A stretch of DNA of 64,000 bases from Nemertoderma westbladi (GCA_032718475.1 JAUCBJ010000678.1:1-64000); one strand, 5' to 3'; counted from the first letter of the stretch, positions 49,994-63,076 are shown. Notes: generated by a model not told the origin, from the letters alone. Numbers and translations: made by a program.

Positions 49994-52900
49994 TTCACCA
50001 GTACGAAGTGCACTGCACCAGTACGAAGTGCAATGTACCAGTTCGAAGTACACTGCACCAGTACGAAGTGCACTGCACCAGTACGAAGTGCACTGCACCA
50101 GTACGAAGTGCAATGTACCAGTTCGAAGTACACTGCACCAGTACGAAGTGCACTGCACCAGTACGAAGTGCAATGTACCAGTTCGAAGTACACTGCACCA
50201 GTACGAAGTACACTGCACCAGTACGAAGTGCACTGTACCAGTACGAAGTGCACTGCACCAGTACGAAGTGCAATGCACCAGTACGAAGTACACTGCACCA
50301 GTACGAAGTGCACTGCACCAGTACGAAGTGCAATGTACCAGTTCGAAGTACACTGCACCAGTACGAAGTGCACTGCACCAGTACGAAGTGCAATGTACCA
50401 GTACGAAGTGCACTGCACCAGTACGAAGTACACTGCACCAGTACGAAGTGCACTGCACCAGTACGAAGTACATTGCACCAGTACGAAGTGCACTGCACCA
50501 GTACGAAGTGCAATGCACCAGTACGAAGTGCAATGTACCAGTACGAAGTGCACTGCACCAGTACGAAGTGCAATGTACCAGTTCGAAGTGCACTGCACCA
50601 GTACGAAGTGCACTGCACCAGTACGAAGTGCAATGCACCAGTACGAAGTGCAATGTACCAGTACGAAGTGCACTGCACCAGTACGAAGTGCACTGCACTA
50701 GTACGAAGTGTAATGTACCAGTTCGAAGTGCACTGCACCAGTACGAAGTGCACTGCACCAGTACGAAGTACACTGCACCAGTTCGAGGTACACTGCACCA
50801 CTACGAAGTGCACTGCACCAGTACAAAGTACACTGCACCAGTACAAAGTACACTGCACCAGTTCGAAGTACACTGCACCAGTACGAAGTCCACTGCACCA
50901 GTATGAAGTGCAATGTACCAGTTCGAAGTACACTGCACCAGTACGAAGTACACTGCACCAGTACGAAGTGCACTGCACCAGTACGGTGTGCACTGCACCA
51001 GTACGAAGTGCAATGTACCAGTTCGAAGTACACTGCACCAGTACGAAGTGCAATGTACCAGTTCGAAGTGGACTGCACTAGTACGAACTGCAATGTACCA
51101 GTTCGAAGTGCACTGCACCAGTACGAAGTGCAATGTACCAGTTCGAAGTGCACTGCGCCAGTATAAAGTGTACTGCACCAGTACGAAGTGCAATGTACCA
51201 GTACGAAGTGCACTGCACCAGTTCGAAGTACACTGCACCAGTACGAAGTACACTGCACCAGTACGAAGTGCAATGTACCAGTTCGAAGTGCACTGCACTA
51301 GTACGAAGTGCAATGTACCAGTTCGAAGTGCACTGCACCAGTACGAAGTGCAATGTACCAGTTCGAAGTGCACTGCGCCAGTATAAAGTGTACTGCACCA
51401 GTACGAAGTGCAATGTACCAGTACGAAGTGCACTGCACCAGTTCGAAGTACACTGCACCAGTACGAAGTACACTGCACCAGTACGAAGTGCAATGTACCA
51501 GTACGAAGTACACTGCACCAGTACGAAGTGCAATGTACCAGTTCGAAGTGCACTGCACCAGTATAAAGTGTACTGCAACAGTACGAAGTGCAATGTACCA
51601 GTACGAAGTGCAATGTACCAGTTCGAAGTGCACTGCACCAGTACGAAGTGCAATGTACCAGTTCGAAGTGCACTGCACCAGTACGAAGTGCAATGTACCA
51701 GTTCGAAGTGCACTGCACCAGTACGAAGTGCAATGTACCAGTTCGAAGTGCACTGCACCAGTACGAAGTGCAATGTACCAGTTCGAAGTACACTGCACCA
51801 GTACGAAGTGCACTGCACCAGTACGAAGTGCAATGTACCAGTTCGAAGTGCACTGCACCAGTATAAAGTGTACTGCAACAGTACGAAGTGCAATGTACCA
51901 GTACGAAGTGCAATGTACCAGTACGAAGTGCACTGCACCAGTTCGAAGTACACTGCACCAGTACAAAGTACACTGCACCAGTACAAAGTACACTGCACCA
52001 GTACGAAGTGCAATGTACCAGTTCGAAGTGCACTGCACCAGTACGAAGTGCACTGCACCAGTACGAAGTGCAATGTACCAGTTCGAAGTGCACTGCACCA
52101 GTATGAAGTGTACTGCACTAGTACGAAGTGCAATGTACCAGTACGAAGTGCACTGCACCAGTTCGAAGTACACTGCACCAGTACGAAGTGCACTGCACCA
52201 GTATGACGTGCAATGTACCAGTTCGAAATGCACTGCACCAGTACGAAGTGCAATGTACCAGTTCGAAGTGCACTGCACTAGTATGAAGTGCACTGCACCA
52301 GCATGAAGTGCACTGCACCAGTACAAAGTACACTGCACCAACCAGTATGAAGTACACTGCACCAGTACGAAGTACACTGCACCAGTATGAAGTGCACTGC
52401 ACCAATACGAAGTGCAATGTACCAGTATGAAGTGCACTGCGCCAGTACGAAGTGCACTGCACCAACCAGTATGAAGTACACTGCACCAGTACAAAGTGCT
52501 CTGCACCAACCAGTATTCATACTGCACCAGGACGAAGTACACTGCACCTGTATGTAGTGCACTGGACCAATACGAAGTGTACTGTACCAGTATGAAGTGC
52601 ACTGAACCAATACGAAGTGCACTGTACCAGTACGAAGTGCACTGCTCCAACAATTATGAAGTACACTGTACCAGTACAAAGTGTAAAGCACCAGTATAAA
52701 GTGCACTGCACTGGATCAAACGCACCGCACCAGTGCTAAGTGCACTACCCCGTTACGAAGTGCACTAATTCACCAGTGCGAAGTGCACTAGTTCACCGGT
52801 GCCATGTGCACCGCACCAGTATAATGTGCACTGCACTGGATCAATGTAATTGCATCAGTGCGAAATGCACTGCACCGTAAAGAAGTGCACTAATTCGCCA

Positions 52901-53133
52901 GTGCGAAGTGCACTAGTTCACCGGTGCCATGTGCACCGCACCAGTATAATGTGCACTGCACTGGATCAATGTAACTGCATCAGTGCGAAATGCACTGCAC
53001 CGGAAAGAAGTGCACTAATTCGCCAGTTCGAAGTGCACTGCACCAGTGGGAACCCCGTTACGAGGTGCACTAATTCGCCAGTACGAAGAGCACGGCACCA
53101 GTGGGAACCCCGTTACGAAGTGCACTAATTCAC
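49994..53133. repeat. 20-bp satellite, homogeneous to about 52320 and decaying toward 53133
   Basis: Unit CCAGTACGAAGTGCACTGCA with recurrent variants (CAATGTA, GTTCG). Confidence 0.95.
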
Positions 53134-53550
53134 CATCGCTACTAGACCCTGACGAAAAACCTTCAAAATCATCACCACTCGAACAATCGTCAACGCCCAG
53201 GAATAAGAACAGCGTAGTCAGTTCTTTCCCCCAACTGATTGTTCCATCACGGGACACTCTTATTCTATTACTCTCAAAGAGTTCAACATCACCCATTCTT
53301 ATACTGTTATCATGTTATATCCAAAAAGGGTTATTATTCAAAATGTAAATAGCAAATAGATTGTATGATGTTGTGCTTCAATAACAAGAAGTACCTATAG
53401 CCATTGGTCAACTCTAACTGCACGATTAAAATAAAATGTTATACTCAATATTGTCTGCCAAAGATACCAATTTCGAAGGACTACAGTAGTACCTATATTT
53501 TCCTGAAATACTAGGCAAATCAGTAACGTTGTTTGACAACCACGTTCATA

Positions 53551-54306
53551 GGACCAGTAAGAAGTGCACAGCACACATGCAGACTGAAGACAGGTAGGCC
53601 TACTTAAAGCTAAGTGATTTAAAGAGTGTGGCTGCCGCTACCTAATGGCAAATAAACATTGCAGGTCCAGGTTGAGTGACAGATTATGTCCTTCAGCCCC
53701 GGGATGCGCCACAGCGCTTGTTTTTTTTGTACTAACTGACACTGGCCGCCCGGTTGCACTCGCAGACACGTGGTTTGACTAACTCGCACTAGGTTAGACT
53801 TGTGGGCACTTGGCTGCATATGGTTAACTATATAATGGCCCCGAAACAGCGAAAGTAAAGGTATATTATATGGTAATAAATTCACAAAGAAGGACAGACA
53901 GACTGGACACGACGGTTTTCAATATCTGTGCGAATGTTTATTCCCTTAGCATTCTCATTGCTGGTGCTGCTTCTATCAGTCTATACTATACTACTGTATG
54001 TTAGTGCCATATACTGTAGCAACCAACAACATTCTATAGCCAGGTTGATAGAAAAACAGTTCAAAAATAAATCACGGTTGGTTAGTTTTCCAAGAGGCGC
54101 CAAGAAGAGTTAACTGGTTAATACAGTAGGTACTGCACTGCTGGCGCATCCCAGGGCTGGCGGACACCGGCTGTCACTCATCTGGACCTGTCCTGCATTG
54201 TTTATTTGACATAATGTAGCGGCAGCCACACTCTTTAAATCACTTAGCTTTAAGTAGGCCTACCTGTCTTCAGTCTGCATGTGTGTTGTGCACTTCTTAC
54301 TGGTCC
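53551..54306. repeat. Long inverted repeat (about 160-bp arms, about 430-bp spacer)
   Basis: GGACCAGTAAGAAGTGCACA...GGCTGCCGCTAC at 53551 mirrored up to 54306; outer 90 bp nearly perfect, inner part diverged. Confidence 0.85.
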
Positions 54307-55253
54307 GCAATGCGCCAATGCCTAATCTCTAAAATCACATGCGGATTATTCTCCATATACAGTAGGAATCCAATCTATTACATACGCGTATGTACATACG
54401 GATACGGCAAATGCATACGGATAAGGATACGGATACGGCGAAAAGTTATACCCAAATATCAATGTGTAGAGACCTTTCTAGCAATGTTGTTCCTGAACAA
54501 CACTATGCAGCAAAAGGTTAAATTAGCTGTAAAAATTAATACTATGTTAACAAATAGTTGCACAATAATTCAATTCATTTTAATTATATTTACTCATTTT
54601 TACAGGCGATATACAGTATACAATATTTATTATATACATATACATTATCAATATATAGGCACCAATAATAAACTATTAATATGTTTAGTCATTTACTCGA
54701 CCCGAAATGGAAGTATTATACAGTAGTATAGATTCTTAATATAATTACTTAACAATATTAATTTAATAATTAAGACTTGTAATAAAATTATGTAAGTTTT
54801 AAATGTTCTAAACCTACACGCCTTTCATCAGTTTTGTCGCGCTGTATATTATTAAAAAATATATTAACAATGGTATGGCAGTATGGTGCAATATATCTAC
54901 AAGATGCTTATGGTCATCACAAAAAGAATTATCCTCAGAGTGGTACAGTATTATAGCCCATAAGTCTTTTAAAAAAATTATTGCTAACTGTCGTGCAGGA
55001 AATGTATCTTACAACCTCTAGACTTTCACCCTGCTGCCCTGAGTTTATGATTCTAGAATTGTGGTTTTTAAACAGCGTACAGCACTGTCAAATTCATGAA
55101 ATGATTCGACTTTCTTGTGGGCATCCGGCTTAATCGAATCCTCATCCCAGAAATCGATTTCGTTATGAAGGAGATTGCGTAAACGGGAAATACGTAATCG
55201 AGTAATGAAACAAAAAATTGTCCGCCGCTCATTTGGCTATATTGTGAATATTT

Positions 55254-57277
55254 ACTATTAGTATATACTATTACTACTACTACTAGGTCGAGCGAACTCG
55301 GACAGTGGAAATGAGATCCTTCCAGGCTTCCCGATTCTCCATAGTTGTCGCAATTTCGTTTCTCCCAAGTTCAGTATCCCTTTCAAGTTGATCTATATAT
55401 GTTATGGCCGGTCGTCCACGACTACGCTTTCCATGAGTTGGTTGCCAGAGAAGTAGATCTGGTATGACCTCGTCTTTACTTCGCCAGCAGTGCCCACTGA
55501 ATCTTAATCTGCGTTCACGGAGGGTGGTTGATACAGGTGGTATTGTACCATAAAGTTCGGCGTTTGTCATGTGTTGTCTCCAGCTGATGTTTAGGGCTGC
55601 CCTTAGTAGTCTTGTGTAGCAACCATCATTTCGTTGTTCAAGTGATTTAGTCAGTGTCCAGGTCTCACCCCCGTATAAAAATACACTTTCCACTGTGGCT
55701 CGAAATAACTTAGTCTTCAGGTGCTTGGAGAGATCTGATTTCCAGATGGTATCCATTTTTGATAGAGCTATCCAAGCCTTTGCTTTCCTAACTTCTATGT
55801 CCTTTTTGCTACTCTCTATCCATGATCCAAGGTACTGGAAGTCATCGACCTTCCTTAGTTGATTATTATCAATGGTTGTCAAGTTTCCATCAACATTAAA
55901 GGTCATGAATTCGGTCTTTGTAGCATTTATATAGAATCCAACCTCTTTAGCAGCCCTCTCCACTTTATTTAGTAGAAGCTGTGCATATGCTAGCGTATTA
56001 GAGAGCAGGGCGATGTCATCCGCAAAGTCGGTGTCTGTGACTGTAGTTGCCGGATATCTACTACTTCTGCGTTCTTGAAGTGTGAATCCCAGATCTTCAC
56101 CCTTTGTGGCCGTCCTCATTGCGTAATCCAGCACAATTACAAATAGTAATGGTGCTAATGTGTCACCTTGCAGTACGCCAGCCAGGATTGAGAAAAACTC
56201 AGTTTCACCATCTGGTGAGAGTACCTGCGCTTCTGTGTCACAATATAACAATCCAATGCCAGCAACAATTACTTCTGGTATTCCATAAGCTCTTAGGATT
56301 TCAAGCATTTTACCTCTATGGATGGAGTCGAATGCTTTCTTGAAGTCCACAAAAGTCATGACTGCGGGGAGATTCTTTGACTTAATTCCTTCAATCAGTC
56401 TCCGTAGTGCAAGTATCTGAGCTATTGTTGATCTACTTGGTCGAAATCCGTTTTGGCTCTTACGCAGTAGTGTCTCTATGTGAGGCCTAATCCTATATAG
56501 AATCATTTTATTGTAGATTTTGGCAGCTACCACAAGCAGACAGATCCCACGATAGTTTGTTGGTATGCCGAGGTCTCCTTTCTTGGGGAGAGGCTTTAGT
56601 TGACCTTTCGTCCAAATTGGTGGTGGCTTTTCCCCTTTTAACATCCGGTTGCAAACATTCAATAATGGTCTGTTTAGCACTCCGGTTTTCCATACCTCCG
56701 CAGGGATTTCATCTAATCCACTCGCTTTATTATTGGACATGCTTTTAATGCTTCTTTGGAGTTCAGCAGGTGTGAAGACCCCTGTTTCTATAGGTAGTGT
56801 CTTGTCATATATTTTCCTTGTAGGGCTGACCTCGATGTTTGGTGGCTGCCCAAGCCCAAGCAAGTTGCTGAAGTGATTTTTCCACTTCCCAACACGTTCT
56901 TCAGGACTATCGGCTTTGAGGCGCCCCTTTGCACAACTTTTCCGACCAGATACCTCATTTACAGTTTGCCAGGTAAGTCTTGATTGTTGCTGTATATGTG
57001 AGCAGTTGTAATTGCTTCAGTTTTATCCTGTATGTACTTTTCCTGGCTGATGTTGTAGGCCAATTTAAGATCGTCCTTAGCTTTCTCAACCTTGTTAATG
57101 TTTTCAGTTGTTGGTTGTTCGGTTTTAACTTTGTAGGCTATCTTAAGATCTTCTCTCTTACAAGTAACCTCAGAGTTTTGCCATGGCACATACTGTTTTC
57201 GTTTGGGTTTCTGGGGGATATGCCTCTTAGCTGATTCCTTGTGGGCTGTTATTATATTCTGGTATACAAATATTTGT
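55254..57277 (-). mobile_element. 5'-truncated RTE-clade LINE
   Basis: RT ORF, (TAG)n tail after the stop, flanking direct repeat CTATATT(T)GTGAATATTT at 55237-55253 and 57278-57295 (probable TSD). Confidence 0.85.
55283..56863 (-). CDS. Non-LTR reverse transcriptase (RTE-like), endonuclease missing
   Basis: KASGLDEIPAE, NYRGICL, QNGFRPSRST, FVDFKKAFDSI, GVLQGDTLAP, DFADD, FQYLGS, RRLRFSGH. Confidence 0.92.
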   Translation of the reverse strand: MLGLGQPPNIEVSPTRKIYDKTLPIETGVFTPAELQRSIKSMSNNKASGLDEIPAEVWKTGVLNRPLLNVCNRMLKGEKPPPIWTKGQLKPLPKKGDLGIPTNYRGICLLVVAAKIYNKMILYRIRPHIETLLRKSQNGFRPSRSTIAQILALRRLIEGIKSKNLPAVMTFVDFKKAFDSIHRGKMLEILRAYGIPEVIVAGIGLLYCDTEAQVLSPDGETEFFSILAGVLQGDTLAPLLFVIVLDYAMRTATKGEDLGFTLQERRSSRYPATTVTDTDFADDIALLSNTLAYAQLLLNKVERAAKEVGFYINATKTEFMTFNVDGNLTTIDNNQLRKVDDFQYLGSWIESSKKDIEVRKAKAWIALSKMDTIWKSDLSKHLKTKLFRATVESVFLYGGETWTLTKSLEQRNDGCYTRLLRAALNISWRQHMTNAELYGTIPPVSTTLRERRLRFSGHCWRSKDEVIPDLLLWQPTHGKRSRGRPAITYIDQLERDTELGRNEIATTMENREAWKDLISTVRVRST

Positions 57278-57420
57278 CTATATTTGTGAATATTTCAATT
57301 CGAGAGGGTCCGAACTTAATCTAAATGTTAAAACATACTGAAATCCTTCAGCAAATAAATCAACATCAATCAATAAATCAAATCTACTTAGCCACGCAGC
57401 GTTTTAATGAAGGCATCTCG

Positions 57421-57800
57421 ACTACAAAAAAAAGACCCAAGACCCGAATAATAAAGACCGGTACAAACAAAACACAAGAGTTAACTTTTCGTTTATTGTT
57501 TTGGTTCCACCAACACGCCTCTGTAACCTGCTCCTTTACTAACCTGCTCCTTTAAATGGCAATGGGACCTAATGCTCTTAGGGACCTAACGCTCTTTGGG
57601 ACGTACAGACGTAAGGCGACTTTAACTCTTTGTTTTGTACAGGTCCCAAAGAGCGTTAGGTGCCATTGCCATCTAAAGGAGCAGGTTAGTAAAGGAGTAG
57701 GTTACAGAGGCGTGTTTGGGGAACCAAAACAATAAACGAAAGTTAACACATGTTACAATAATTATGCAGGTCTTTATTATTTGGGTCTTTGTTTTGTATT
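57421..57800. repeat. Imperfect palindromic (fold-back/MITE-like) element
   Basis: TTTCGTTTATTGTTTTGGTTCC..ACACGCCTCTGTAACCTGCTCCTTTA mirrored at 57650-57746; related motif also near 42908, 44875 and 59790-60030. Confidence 0.75.
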
Positions 57801-58254
57801 CACCCGTTATTAGTGTGTTCCCGCGCCAGCTATCATCCTATAGTCAGATAGTAGGCCATGAGTGCAGGCAGACAGGTGTCCGTACCACGTTACCGGTACC
57901 TGGAACCTTTACCTGTTTCGTTTATTTTTTATTTGATACCTGACTACCGGTACCTTCTGACACCAGACACTGACCTTGCAGCCATCAGGCAGTCAAGCCA
58001 TATTCCAGTAGGCCTATTCAGTAGGCAAGTACAGAAGTAGGCCTATACTGCTATACTGCTATAGCTATTGCGCAGGTATTTCAATTCTGAAACTTTTGAA
58101 TACCGTAGGCCTAATTTACAATAATTATATTTGAACGAACGGTGAAACCATCGTATCACCACAGCACCACGAAACATTAGGCTACAGGATAGCATTAGCC
58201 TACCGCCGTTACCGGCTGACTGGCTGACTGGTCTGCCGGTAGGTACACAAAAAC

Positions 58255-58583
58255 ATGAGTTTAAGCCACGTGGATTATCCAAGACAACCCACCGGTACGA
58301 CCGTTATAACATCAGCAACGATACAGAATGACGCTAATGGAATTGTCCCGCGGCAGGTCACCCTACACGAGGCGGTACAGATTTCCTCTTACGACGAGAT
58401 TTCGACCATCATATCGGAGAATCCGGCCGCGATTAACTCTAAGGAATGGGCCGGACTGACCCCCCTTCACAGGATCTGTCTGCGTGCTGATCCGGCTATC
58501 TACGATTTATTATTATCCAATGGTGCGTCGCCAGATATACCAAATAATGCCGGGGAAACTCCAATGCACTTCGCCGCTAGGAG
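58255..58583 (+). CDS. Ankyrin-repeat membrane protein exon 1 (probable ZDHHC17/13-type palmitoyltransferase)
   Basis: GLTPLHRIC, GETPMHFAA; phase-2 donor AG|GTGTGT. An upstream exon cannot be excluded. Confidence 0.75.
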
Positions 58584-58744
58584 GTGTGTTTGTGTTAGCA
58601 TTAGCATTTATCAGTTTATAGTTAGCATTAACTGTTAACTATAGGCCTATTATTAATACAGGGTAGGCCCTACTACTGAAGGCTACGAATACGAGCGATA
58701 CTACCGATAAGGGAATTTCCGGATTGGGGGGCAGGGGCACTGAA

Positions 58745-59263
58745 CAGTCGGGGAGAAGTTCAAATTTCAACTGAGTTGAAATTTAAAACTTTTTTTTTTA
58801 AATTCAACTTTTAAGTTGTAAATTCAACTGTAAAATGGCCGGAGGCCCAGAAGGGTCCAAAGACATTACAGAAGGGGTGTTTTTATTGTTTTTATGGGTG
58901 TAACTCGAAAAATCAACCCTCATTACAGATGGAATAAAAACTTTCACCGTCGGGATTACATTTTTTAAAAACATTTTAAGTGATTACATTTGCAAATTAG
59001 CTGAAATACTACAGGAATTTATTAGATGTATTAAATTACCGCTATATCTGTATATGTCATAATTATTAGGCCTATACAATGGAATACCAGTAATGGATTC
59101 CAATTCTATATTTCAGTATTTCCAAACCTACTCCAAAAGTTGAATTTTAAAAAAAAGTTGAATTTTAAACCCTTCTCCAAAAGTTGAATTTTAATAAAAA
59201 GTTGAATTTTAAAAATAATGTTGAAATTTCAACTCAGTTGAAAATAGAACTTCTCCCCGACTG
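58745..59263. mobile_element. MITE with 5-bp TSD
   Basis: TIR CAGTCGGGGAGAAGTTC / GAACTTCTCCCCGACTG; CTGAA on both flanks; internal AGTTGAATTTT repeats. Confidence 0.75.
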
Positions 59264-60259
59264 CTGAAATCTGAAAGGCTAAAAAACGCATGTGTCTAAA
59301 ACACTGGTCTGGTGGGAAAACACTTAGAAAATAATATTTTTCTCAAATTTCCCGGTTGCCTTGCAGCCTTGGGAAAATATAGGAAATTTTTTTTCACAAT
59401 CTTTATCCTACCTAGCCTTATTCAAACTTTAGGCCTACCTAGCCTTATTCAAAAATTGTTTTCGAATAGGGGCCTATTGATTACCAGTACTGCATCGTAC
59501 CTCTATGTATGAAAATACTCCTGTACTCTAATATTTTTCTCAAATTTCCCGGTCTCCTCGGGGAAATAGCGGGAAAAAAAACGGGAAAAATTTTCCCAAA
59601 AATTGTAAAGATTTTAGATAAACATGGTTTTCTCAAATCTCAATCAATATTTTTATAGTTCTAATAGGCCTACATAATAGCATAATCCTGTAATCATAGA
59701 ACGGCTATAATAATAGAAATACCGGCACGAGTATTAAACATTACAAAGCATGCAAATTAATTGCACTATTTTTTTGAGGGAGGGAGAGCAGGTTTCTAGA
59801 CAGGCTTTTCTAACCAAAACAATAAACGGCCACTTTACCAATTGTGGGAAAGGAGCGGGTTGCAGAGGCGGGCTTTTCTAACCAAAACAATAAACTGATA
59901 AACGATCACTTTACAAAATTCCAAAACAATAAACAGCCACTTTAATAACAATTGAGGGAAAGGAGCAGGTTAGGCCTACAGAGGCGGGCTTTTCAAACCA
60001 AAACAATAAACGATGACTTTACTAATTGAGGGAAACCATAGCTGCATAGGCCTATGGTCATGCAGTCGGTAGAAAAAATGTTAATGAAAAAAAATTGTAA
60101 AAAGCGTTTCATAAATAAGCAAGCGGTATATACTGATATATATAGGCCTATATATCAGTAAATATATAAGTGTTTTAAGGGAAGCTGGGAAGGTCAGACG
60201 GTCCCCAAAGTAACAGTACCCGCAGTAGTTATTACAGTACCGGTTGGCCTACTGCAGCC

Positions 60260-61746
60260 AACATGAGTCTGTCAGTCTGTGGTCTGAGAATACATCTAAT
60301 GGAAGCTGTTCTCAGGATGTGTTTATACACCTGTACAGTACAACAATGTGTTATCTCCACCTGATGTTTAGGGCTGCCCTTAGCAGCTTAGTACCGGTAG
60401 TCTTGTGTAGCAACCATAAATTCGTTGTTCAAGTGATTTCAACAGTGTCCAGGGCTCACCCACTTATAAAAGTAAACTTTCCACTGTGGCTCGAAAGAAC
60501 TTAGTCTTCAGGTGCCTGGAGAGGTCTGATTTCCAGATGCTACCCAACCTACCAAAGCAGCCAAGCCTTTGCTTTCCTAACTTCTGTCTTTTTTGCTACT
60601 CTCTATTCATGACCGAAGGTAATGAAAGTCGTCAACCTTCCTTAGTTGATCAATTGTGGTCAAGTTTCCATCAACATTAACATTTAAAGTCAAGAATTCG
60701 GTATTGGTAGCATTTATTTGCAATCCAACTCCAACCTCCTTCCTTAGCAGCCTCTCTACTAGGCCTATTTTATTCAGTAGAACCTGTGCATCTGCTAGCG
60801 TATTAGAGAGCAGTGCGATGTGTGAATCCCATATTTTCACCCGTTCTGGCCGTCCTCATTTTTAATCCGGTATATACAATTACAATTAGTAATGGCGCAA
60901 TGTGTCACTTTACAGTACACCAGCCAGGATTGAGAAGAACTCAGTTTCACCATCTGGTGAGAGTACCTGAGCTTCTGTGTCACATTAGAACAAACCGATG
61001 CTAGCGACAATTACTTCTGGTATTCATAAGCTCTTAGGATTTGCAGCATTTTAACTCTATGGATTGAGTCCAATGCTTTTTGAAATCCACAAATGTCAGG
61101 ACTCCGGGACATTATTTGTTACTTGTCTCCATAGCGCAAGTATCTGAGCTATTAATTGTTCATCTATTTGGTCGAAATCCGGTTTAGCTCTTGCACAGCC
61201 GTTTCTCTATGTGAGGCCTAATTCTTTAGTGAAGAATCATCTTGTATATTTTGGCAGCTACCACAAGCAGACAGATCCCACGATAGTTTGTTGGTATAAC
61301 GAAGTCTTCTTGGGGAGAGGCTTTAGTTGAGAAGTCCCCTGTTTCTATAGGTAGCGTCTTGTCATATATTTTCCTTGTAGGGCTGACCTCGATGTTAGGT
61401 GGCTGCCCGAGCAAGTTGCTGAAGTTATATTTCCATTTCCCAACATGTTCTTCAGGACTATCGGCTTAGAGGCGCCCCTTTGCACAACTTTTCCAACCAG
61501 ATACCTCATTCACAGTTTGCCAGGTAAGTCTTGTTTGTTGCTGTATGTGAGCAGTTGTAATTGCTTCAATTTTATCATGAATGTACTTTTCCTGGCTGAT
61601 GTTGTAGGCCAATTTAAGATCGTCCTTAGCTTTCTCAACCTTGTGGATGTTTTCGGTTGTTGGTTGTTCGGTTTTTACTTTGTAGGCTATTTTGAGATCT
61701 TCTCTCTTACATGGCACATACTGTTTTCGATTTGGTTTTTGGGGAT
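60260..61746 (-). mobile_element. Degraded RTE LINE copy in the ankyrin gene intron 1
   Basis: Colinear with about 55480-57220, with many deletions and frameshifts (IALLSNTLA, TNYRGICLLVVAAKIY). Confidence 0.85.
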
Positions 61747-62026
61747 TATTAGTATTGATAATTAATAATAATAAGTGAATTGTCATATTATTTAGAGCAT
61801 TATCATATTGTCTTATTTACATTGTATATTTAGTATTGATAATTAATTAGTGTACTTTTTAGTATTACTACTTAAGTACCGATACCAAGGCGTCCTTTAA
61901 TACAGGCCATGCAGCCGAGACTTGACCGGTACTGGTCAGCTAGTACTATCCATTGGGTCTATTGCCGTTATTAATCACTATAATTATATAATATATGAGC
62001 TACCAACTAATCTGTTTATTTTCTAG

Positions 62027-62196
62027 AGGCCTCCCGAATCTGTTACACAAACTAACTTCCCGGTCCACCAAGGTGGACGTTGTAGATTCTCAAGGCTGCA
62101 GTTTGGTGCACTTCGCCGCCCAAGGCGGGAAGTTACACATGTTGCAATATGTTATACAAGTACTGAAACTAGACGTGCATTTACCTGACCATCACG
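62027..62196 (+). CDS. Ankyrin-repeat protein exon 2
   Basis: GCSLVHFAAQGG; TTTTCTAG acceptor completes an Arg codon; phase-1 donor G|GTTTGT. Confidence 0.8.
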
Positions 62197-62500
62197 GTTT
62201 GTCGAGTTACAATTAATATAGTTTTTTATAATTGATATAAACTAATCTAACTAACCATGGATTTATATATTTCTTTTTTAATTAGAGGCTGTTTATTTGA
62301 AACTCCTTGTAAATATCTTGTTATAGCAAAAGCAGTTTGATAACAGTGCAATTAAATCAGACTAAATATCAAATGAAAATGTTAGCCTATTTATATTTTG
62401 TTCACCTTTTAAATCCAATTAATCCAATAGCTGTATAAATATATTTTAATAATTAATATTCATGAAAACTGTAATTTATATTTAGATTAATTATTCACAG

Positions 62501-63076
62501 GAGCTACTTGTTTGCACGTAACGGCTAACCACGGCCACTCCGATCTCTGCGAATACCTCCTGATAAACTTCCCGCAACTATCCCGAATTCCCGATATATA
62601 CGGTCGCACCGCGCTCCACCTAGCGGCCGCCCTCGGTAACGCAACGCTCTGCTACACGCTGGTCCGACTGGGCGGGGGCCGTGCAGCCCTGACCACCACG
62701 GACACTGAGGGTCGCACCGCGTTGGACTGGTCGCGGACCGGAACCACCTTCCGGCACCGAGAAACCGCCACCTTTCTAGAATCGGCCACGACCCCAACCC
62801 TCCCCTCCCGACTGCTTCACTCGCCCTCCTCCAAGTACCTATGGCTCGCTCTCTTCCCGTTCCTCTCCTTCGCTTTCGTACAATTTCTCGCCCACGCACT
62901 GCCGCTGTGTAACCTCGTCGTCGCTCTACTGGGCACCACCGCTATTGTTTACTTGGTATCCCGGCAACCACACCGCATTATGGATTGGAGTCTCCTACCC
63001 AACCCCATTCATCGTTCTGCATTCGCTTCCGGTCTCTTTTACACGTCCATATGCTGCTTCTTTATAATTCTACCAA
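62501..63076 (+). CDS. Ankyrin-repeat protein exon 3 (ankyrin repeats then hydrophobic helices); gene continues beyond the window
   Basis: GATCLHVTA, GRTALHLAA, GRTALDW, then LWLALFPFLSFAFV, LVVALLGTTAIVYLV, FYTSICCFFIIL; donor A|GTAAGT. DHHC domain not visible. Confidence 0.75.

Noticed and set aside
49949-53128. Many Cys/His-rich ORFs resembling zinc-finger or metallothionein proteins
   Set aside because: Translations of a 20-bp satellite open in all six frames; no frame preference.
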